Position numbers and translations under genes: made by a program. From positions 1 to 17,032 of the forward strand of contig NW_021825004.1 in the NCBI RefSeq assembly GCF_006345805.1: a stretch of 17,032 nt of DNA. The letters are read 5' to 3'. The DNA is from Octopus sinensis. Its lineage: Eukaryota. Below, one piece after another: positions 10,519 through 17,032 of the stretch (position 1 is its first letter; each line of letters begins with the position of its first letter). Under the pieces are notes generated by a model. It saw nothing but the letters and a program-made list of their open reading frames with translations. It was not told where the DNA came from and made no database searches.

Positions 10519-10895
10519 TACTCTTTTAGTCTTTTACTCGTTTCAGTCATTTGACTGTGGCCATGCTAGAGCAACGTCTTTAGTCGAGCAAATCGACCCC
10601 AGGAATTATTCTTTGTAAGCCTAGTACTTATTCTATCAGTTTCTTTTGCCGAACCGCTAGGTGACGGGGACGTAAACACACCAGCATCGGTTGTCAAGCG
10701 ATGTTGGGGTGACAAAAATAGACACACAAGCATATATACACATAAATACATATATATATACATATACACATTGGGCTTCTTTCAGTTTCCGTCTACCAAA
10801 TCCACTCACAAGGCTTTGGTCGGCCCTAGGCTATAGTAGAAGACACTTGCCCAAGGTACCATGTAGTGGGACTGAACCCGGAACCACACAGTCAC
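10519..10895 (-). mobile_element. SINE family A, near full length, with an internal (CA/TA) microsatellite and a deletion between the A and B boxes
   Basis: Minus strand: GTGACTGTGTGG (A-like) abuts GGTTCAGTCCC (B), then ACCTTGGGCAAGTGTCTT (CORE-like), microsatellite, body, hairpin CAGTC-AAAT-GACTG and a (GAGTAAAA)-like tail. Confidence 0.92.
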
Positions 10896-11039
10896 AAAAC
10901 TTTTAGAATGCTTCTCGTATATAAACAAAAACTAGTCTGCAGAACATCTCGCCATAATTTTTCTTTCGTTTCTTTTTTTATATATCTCTTCAAAACAACG
11001 AGAACAATGTCTGTGATGAACCAAAGTGATAGCTACAAT

Positions 11040-11680
11040 TACTTTGGTCGTTGACCTGTTGAAAATAACAAATTTCCTTCAAATCACAGTTTAGGATCTT
11101 AAAATGTAATGTTATTAATGTCTAGCAATGTCTGAAAATTAATATATGAGAAGGTGACAGCCGAAATATCTTTGAACAGAGCTGACGATAAGTGAAACAC
11201 AGACAACACCAATAAAAACGTACGTGGCTAGTCGTTCAATCTGCTGGAAATAGTGACTATATCTTCAATTTACACCCTATCATCTTATCAATAAGAATGA
11301 CAAGTAATCTAAATATACTAAAAGATGGTAGGGCTAAAGCTGGGATGATTTTGGTCATGATTTACAACAAAACAAAAATATAAACAACCACAAGACAACT
11401 GTTATGACATCTAAACGATCAACGAAATTATCATAACCAACAGCTGTATCTAGATCTTTTAGGAAGTCACCAAATCTATTAGAAGTACCAAGAGATCTTC
11501 CTCAAGTAACAGACACTACCGTCTTGAATACATGAGGCATTGTAGTTATAGTTATAGATACAGAATGTCTGCATAAAAATAAGTAAATATACAAATGAAT
11601 AAAAAGACTAGAGCGTCATGGGTGGAGCTACCTTGATCAACGAACAGCATGAATTTAGTCTAAACAATTAAAAACAATAA
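11040..11680 (+). mobile_element. Three tandem degenerate copies of retroposon-tail family B
   Basis: GTCGTT(C)GACCTG(C/T)T(A/G)GAAATA-like starts at ~11046, ~11230 and ~11465, each ending in a TAAACAAC-like A/C-rich run. Confidence 0.6.
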
Positions 11681-11690
11681 TGCCTACAAC

Positions 11691-11860
11691 TAAGGCTGTC
11701 TTCATAGAATTACAACTTCCCGGGCAAATTAAAGCACTGGACCCCATAGTATTTATTTATTGAAAGTAAACCACAGCATACATAGATCTGTACGGGGCCC
11801 CTAAATTTTTGAGACCCCCTGGGCAACTGCCCAGTGTGCTCATACCTAAAGACGGCCCCG
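11691..11860. mobile_element. Putative non-autonomous DNA transposon (MITE), superfamily unassigned
   Basis: Imperfect TIRs AAGGCTGTCTT (11692-11702) and AAGACGGCCCC (11849-11859), with subterminal GGGGCCCC and TGGGCAACTGCCCA palindromes. No clear TSD. Confidence 0.5.
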
Positions 11861-11935
11861 ACTACAGCAGCTTTATTAAAGCGGCTTTTCTGATACCACC
11901 ACAATAAAAGAAACTCCAATGTCACAGCATTGTAT

Positions 11936-12149
11936 ATAATATTGGTTTCAAATTTTGGGACAAGAGCAGCAGTTTCGTGGGGGAGGAAAAATCGATTATA
12001 TCAACCTCAGTGTTCAGCTTGTACTTATTCTATCGACCTCGAAAAATGAAATGCAAAGTCAACCTCGGTGAACTCAGAACATAAAGACGGATGAAATGCC
12101 GTTAAGCATTTTACCCGGCATGCTAATGATTCTGCAAGCTCACCTCCCT
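11936..12149 (-). mobile_element. tRNA-derived SINE family C with a Nin/Deu-domain-like core
   Basis: Minus strand GGTGAGCTTGCAGAATCATTAGCATGCCGGGTAAAATGCTTAACGGCATTTCATCCGTCTTTATGTTCTGAGTTC..TTTCATTTTTCGAGGTCGATAGAATAAGTACAAG..TTTGAAACCAATATTAT. Confidence 0.85.
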
Positions 12150-12173
12150 TGCATTATATATAATATTACCATG

Positions 12174-12219
<46 letters not shown>

Positions 12220-12585
12220 TTTGTTTAAAGATTCATGTTATCGATATTCTGAGATGCCCATTTCCCGTACCTCATCGTACAGTGACATTTCCCTTACCTA
12301 ATCGTCTTTCGGATCCTTCAAATTCAAAATCTGGTCCCTTTGCCCAGTTGACTTAGTTGATGATGATCCAGTTCCAGCTTGCAACCCAATTGTGACAAAC
12401 CATTGGTTTGCCTTCTTTAACCAAAACCACCCAATGAATTTCTTTGCAATCCTTTATAGATCTCTTCGCTGCTCCAGTCAGGCATTTGCAGAATGAACGG
12501 CCCTAAAAACATCAACAGGTGCCTGCAAACCCCGTATTCTGCACTGTTCTACCAGATCCTGGTATGTGGCAAACTTTCACTCATA
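12220..12585 (-). mobile_element. 3' relic of an RLE-type non-LTR retrotransposon (HERO-like), including 3' UTR
   Basis: Minus strand across frameshifts: E*KFATYQDLVEQCRIRGLQAPVDVF / GRSFCKCLTGAAKRSIK / IAKKFIGWFWLKKANQWFVTIGLQAGT. This matches the KYQELVEQCR..P(V/I)EV..GRSL.K..TGAAKR.AIK..W.W.KR...W pattern of RLE C-termini. Confidence 0.72.
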
Positions 12586-12725
12586 TACCATATACATGCA
12601 TTCATGTACATACATAATAGATACATACATACACACACACTCGTATATATATATAAATATATATAACTTTAATATAAATTCATACATACACATGCATACT
12701 TATATGAATACGCATGTATACGTAT

Positions 12726-12757
<32 letters not shown>

Positions 12758-12937
12758 TATATACATATGTATCATAATACATATATTATACATGAAAGTG
12801 AATGTGTATATATATGTATTATAATACACAAACATATATACATGAAAATGTATGTGTAAATATATATATGTGTGTGTGTGTATGTGTATTATGTATAATA
12901 TATATATACATGAAAATGAATGTATGTATACATGTAA

Positions 12938-13002
<65 letters not shown>

Positions 13003-13009
13003 ATATATA

Positions 13010-13130
13010 GCAATTAAGGACAACTTCTTAATTGCATTCGGTGGGATTAGTAAAATTTTTGGTAGAAATGACTAATTTTGTCCCTCTTAGCGTGTGGCAT
13101 GTATTGTATAATAATGCCTTCTATATATAA
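13010..13130. mobile_element. Small unique insertion in (TA)n with a terminal hairpin, family unassigned
   Basis: GCAATTAAGGA-CAAC-TTCTTAATTGC at 13010-13035 (10 Watson-Crick pairs, one G-T) abuts (TA)n. TA repeats also lie on the right. Confidence 0.4.
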
Positions 13131-13226
13131 ATTTATATATATAATATATATATAATCTGTATTTAATAAATATATATATATATATATACATGAAACTGAA
13201 TGTATGTATACATGTACGTATATATA

Positions 13227-13289
<63 letters not shown>

Positions 13290-13867
13290 CTATAATACAT
13301 ATATTTGCAAATAAATAAATATATATTCATATATATACACATCAAAATAAATGTGTATGCATATGTATATGTTGGTATATATATGTATGTATATGTTAAT
13401 ATTTACGCATGTGTGTATAGTATTCAGGAACTATCCAGTACTTTGCATAAAATATAGGCCCTCCTCGTTTTCTATTTATTTTTTAAAGAAATATACCCCA
13501 TCGATTATAAAACTTTCTTTTCCGTATGGGGTTCTTTAAACAATACGGTAACAAAAACATACACTACTAAGAAAAAAATAGAAGTATCAACAATACACAT
13601 TTAGATCCCTACCCATGGAACATGCGTACATATACCATTTCTCTATGTATAGACAAAATACAGCCATAAATTTTCATGCATACACACACACATATGCATA
13701 AAAATATATGTTTATATATGTATATATACGTATATGTCTATATAATACACACGCACAGACACATGTATATATATATATATATATATATACATTATACAGA
13801 CATATACGTAAATGCATATACGTATATTCTGTATAATGCGCACGCATACACATATGTGTTTTGTCTG

Positions 13868-13910
<43 letters not shown>

Positions 13911-13916
<6 letters not shown>

Positions 13917-14105
13917 TATATAGAAGGAGCTTCTACAGGACTAGAACTGTTTCATTCAGAGAAATCTTCAGGAACTTCCTGAAGATTTCTCTTGAATGAA
14001 ACAGTTCTAGTCCTGTAGAAGCTCCTTCTATATAATAAATTAATTTTACTCTGCTATGTATTGAGTACCTTATTTCTGTGGTTAACCCCGAATCAACTCG
14101 GGACC

Positions 14106-14108
<3 letters not shown>
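13911..14108 (+). mobile_element. Fold-back PLE pseudo-LTR-like element in (TA)n containing a 130-bp palindrome
   Basis: Arms 13911-13974 and 13976-14040 are perfectly complementary except for one bulged T (13992). A 68-nt tail follows, ending in hairpin CCCGA-ATCAAC-TCGGG. Pure (TA)n on both sides; second copy at 4803-4944. Confidence 0.85.
13970..14026 (+). ncRNA. Type I hammerhead ribozyme motif with canonical CUGANGA/GAAA core (mirror copy on the minus strand)
   Basis: Helix I AGGAACUUC/GAAGCUCCU (8/9), CUGAAGA 13979-13985, helix II UUC-UCUU-GAA, GAAA 13998-14001, helix III ACAG/CUGU with an 8-nt loop centred on CUAG, triplet GUA, predicted cut 14017/14018. Confidence 0.8.
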
Positions 14109-14152
<44 letters not shown>

Positions 14153-14332
14153 TTATATGTGTGGTGTGTGTATGTACGTATGTATGTATTATACAGACAT
14201 ATACGTAAATGCACATATATGTATATGTCAGGCAAAAATAGTACGTATTGTACATTGTTATATATATTATATCATATTATATTATATATTATATTATATT
14301 ATATTATATTATATATATATATTATATATATA

Positions 14333-14393
<61 letters not shown>

Positions 14394-14548
14394 CATTAAT
14401 ATGTGACATATACGTATAGAGGTGTGTGCATACATATATAAATATATTAGCTATAGGTAAGTACGGTGCAGGGATCCAAGTGGAGGAATTTAGTATCGTA
14501 TTATATATATATGTGTATATGTATATGTATATATATATAAATATATAT

Positions 14549-14579
<31 letters not shown>

Positions 14580-14962
14580 ATACGCACACATGCATATGTA
14601 TACACATATACAGAAGATTAGAGGAGGCTTTATGGTGACGCACAAACACTCAGCTGTGAGTGCGCTGCATTTCATAGCAGAAACACCTGTAAGCTAATGC
14701 AGTTGATAACGTAATTTCATTCCCCTTGTTATTTCTTTTATTTAAATTCATATGTAAATATATCTATATAGATACACACACACATATATACACTTATCTA
14801 TATATTGTATGCATATTTATTAGAGGGGTCGAATTATTTTTTCATTAAATACATAATTTATTGGAGTCATTCAATACTAATTTACAATTAATACTCATAT
14901 ATACTTATCTACTATGCATATTCATAGAGTATAGAATATTCATTTATATAATATATGCATAT

Positions 14963-15027
14963 AAATCCTCTAAATCCTTTAAAATGTTTTAGCCCGAAGG
15001 CCGCGGCCATGCTGGGGCACCACCGCT
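14963..15027 (-). mobile_element. 3' tail of a SINE or LINE related to the family A tail
   Basis: Minus strand GGTGGTGCCCCAGCATGGCCGCGGCC-TTCG-GGCTAAAAC followed by an (AGGATTTA)-like tandem tail. Confidence 0.7.
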
Positions 15028-15054
15028 GTATATGGTATATACATATATATATGT

Positions 15055-15300
15055 GTGTTTCTTCCCAGGAATGTAATACTCTTAGCTTATTTTTCCTTGG
15101 GGCTGGCCAGATTGGAGCAATCTCTATTATAACCATCCGAAATTGCAAAGATAATCTGGAACTCGACTGAGGATAGAAAACTCCGAGTGATCCGTCCTTG
15201 TTTTCCTTGTATCGTCTGTCTAGTTATTTTGTTCCTCCTTTTTTTTTTGTTTCACCTAACTGTCTGGATGCTTTGCGTTCTTGTCCCATTTTTGTATTTA
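15055..15300. mobile_element. Unassigned repeat-like insertion between TA/TG microsatellites
   Basis: Complex-sequence island with short inverted repeats (CCAGATT/AATCTGG, ACTCG/CGAGT). Only one copy in the window. Confidence 0.35.
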
Positions 15301-15348
15301 TATATATTATGTATGTGTATATATATATTATATTATATATATATATAA

Positions 15349-15386
<38 letters not shown>

Positions 15387-15665
15387 ATCCACCGAGATTA
15401 GTTAAAATATTTTACTATGCATTTTCAACTTATATTTTCCTATATATATCTACCCGTGTGAAATAAAATATCTTTGTTTTCTATACACATATACTACTTC
15501 TACACACCGCTTTCCTTGGATAATGGAATTACAACTGTAACATCTTTATATATTTTTATTTTGATTTCTACATTATTTCATTATATACTACTAATTTCCA
15601 TCTTTTTCCAAAATAACTCCTTATATTGAACTCTACTGTTTCCTTCTATTTAACCATCTCACATC

Positions 15666-15713
15666 GCCTATGATGAAGGGATATCCCTAATATCCTAGAA
15701 ACAGCTGTAAGAC
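15666..15713 (+). ncRNA. Type I hammerhead-like motif with a C3A core change, probably an inactive relic within a PLE-like fragment (~15470-15780)
   Basis: GCCU AUGAUGA A GGGAUAU-CCCUA-AUAUCCU A GAAAC AGCU GUA AGAC: 7-bp helix II, 2-bp helix III with palindromic AGCU loop, helix I 3/4. Confidence 0.6.
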
Positions 15714-15837
15714 TAACTTTCTTTTTATAAATGTCCTGAAAGTCCCAGGCAGCCTTGCCTTTGTTGTCTTATTTTATTTAGCGCGCGCTCACACATACAT
15801 ACACACACACACAATACACACAGACACACGCACATCT

Positions 15838-16153
15838 ACATTCTTTCATTTGATTCAGTCATTTGAGTGTGGCGAACAAAACGACCCCACGACTTATTCA
15901 ACTGGTATCCTTTGCCGAACCGTTATGTTACGGGGACGTATAAACACCAACGTCTGTTGTTAAACGATAGTGGGGGACAGCACACACACACACACACACA
16001 GACGCGCATATACACACATGCATGACTATATACTATATATATATATATATATATATATAAATTATTATTTGAGGGAATAAATCAAAACTTACAAGGAAAA
16101 AATTCAATTTAGAAATACTAAATTTCACACCACATATAATGTATAATTATTAT

Positions 16154-16211
<58 letters not shown>

Positions 16212-16420
16212 TATATATACATATACGACTGGCTTCTTTCCGTCTACCAAATCAATTCATAAGGATTGTATGCGGTGTGTATCTGTGTGTGTGTGTATAT
16301 ATATATATATAATATATATATAGTAGAAGACACTTGCACAAGGTACCGTGCAGTGGAACAGAACCCGAAACCATATGGTCAGGAAGCAACCTTCTTTCTA
16401 TACAGTCACGCCTGCACCTA
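15838..16420 (-). mobile_element. SINE family A, full span, inflated by microsatellite expansion and a nested insertion
   Basis: Tail and body at 15838-15980, GGCTTCTTTCCGTCTACCAAATC at 16231, TAGTAGAAGACACTTGCACAAGG..GAACCCGAAACC..CAGTCACGCCTGCACC at 16321-16418. Confidence 0.85.
16060..16145. mobile_element. Short insertion nested in the (TA)n of the SINE
   Basis: Non-microsatellite sequence TTTGAGGGAATAAATCAAAACTTACAAGGAAAAAATTCAATTTAG.. is absent from the other family A copies and has (TA)n on both sides. Confidence 0.5.
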
Positions 16421-16954
16421 AATATATACATACGCAATATTTATATATGTACATATGCACAATATGTGTGTGTGTGTATATATAAAATATAAATTAGAGA
16501 TAAAACCAGTATTATGCATATATAAAGTATATGTAAACACACGCACACATACACACACACAAACGCCCAAACGCGCGCCGACACGTGTGAAATATATTAC
16601 TGGACACATATTTATTGACTTCCAGCGTGTCCCAACTGGCAATAGACTTTAATGATGAAGTATATACTCACTTACATGTATATGTAATTTTCTAAGTATG
16701 TACATACATATATATAAATATATCTGGAATATAAATTAATAAAATATATAATGTATATCGAGTTTTTAATAAATGGTTTATTAGTATGGCTATGGCGAAG
16801 CAAATCATAAATCATATGTGTGTGTGTGTGCATGCACCTGCCTCTCTCTCTTTCTCTCTCTATCTCTCTCTCTCCCTCTCTCTCTGCAAATGTGTCTGTG
16901 TATATGTGCGTGTGTGCCTATTTGTATGAATATATGTGTGCGTGTATATGTATG

Positions 16955-16999
<45 letters not shown>

Positions 17000-17032
17000 T
17001 ATATTATATATATATATATATTATATTTAAAT

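Noticed and set aside
10860-10895. tRNA-like A and B boxes here and in other SINE heads
   Set aside because: No cloverleaf, and they are contiguous with SINE bodies. These are SINE promoters, not tRNA genes.
12298-12502. Minus-strand exon candidate (TTTTTAG acceptor, AG|GTAAGG donor)
   Set aside because: All three frames contain stops, and the segment lies within the frameshifted RLE-LINE relic.
14455-14463. Perfect donor consensus AG|GTAAGT
   Set aside because: Upstream sequence is microsatellite, with no acceptor or open exon.
14626-14695. HHR-like arrangement ATGGTGA..GAAAC-ACCT-GTA-AGC
   Set aside because: Two core mismatches, poor helix I, non-palindromic loop and an oversized helix II region. 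Compatible with chance.
15161-15188. CTGAGGA followed by GAAA inside an ACTCG/CGAGT hairpin
   Set aside because: There is no room for helix II or III, and helix I is out of register, so no HHR topology can be drawn.

Overview
AT-rich, microsatellite-saturated, apparently non-coding animal genomic DNA. The repeat families look like those of Octopus or another coleoid cephalopod (recognition from memory, not a database hit). I cannot support any intact protein-coding gene, and nearly all ORFs in the supplied track are translated microsatellites. The window holds three tRNA-derived SINE or retroposon-tail families, a mariner transposase relic, a HERO-like RLE-LINE 3' relic, two probable MITEs and a 32-bp minisatellite with higher-order structure. 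The most striking signal is a set of short retroelement-like insertions, mostly sitting in (TA)n tracts, that carry type I hammerhead-ribozyme (HHR) motifs. Two of them are near-perfect 115-130 bp palindromes (9047-9161 and 13911-14040) that encode the motif on both strands. The three best motifs share a GUA cleavage triplet, a self-complementary helix III and an unpaired position at the base of helix II. This matches the known association of minimal, dimeric HHRs with Penelope-like element (PLE) pseudo-LTRs. Catalytic activity and novelty are untested inferences.
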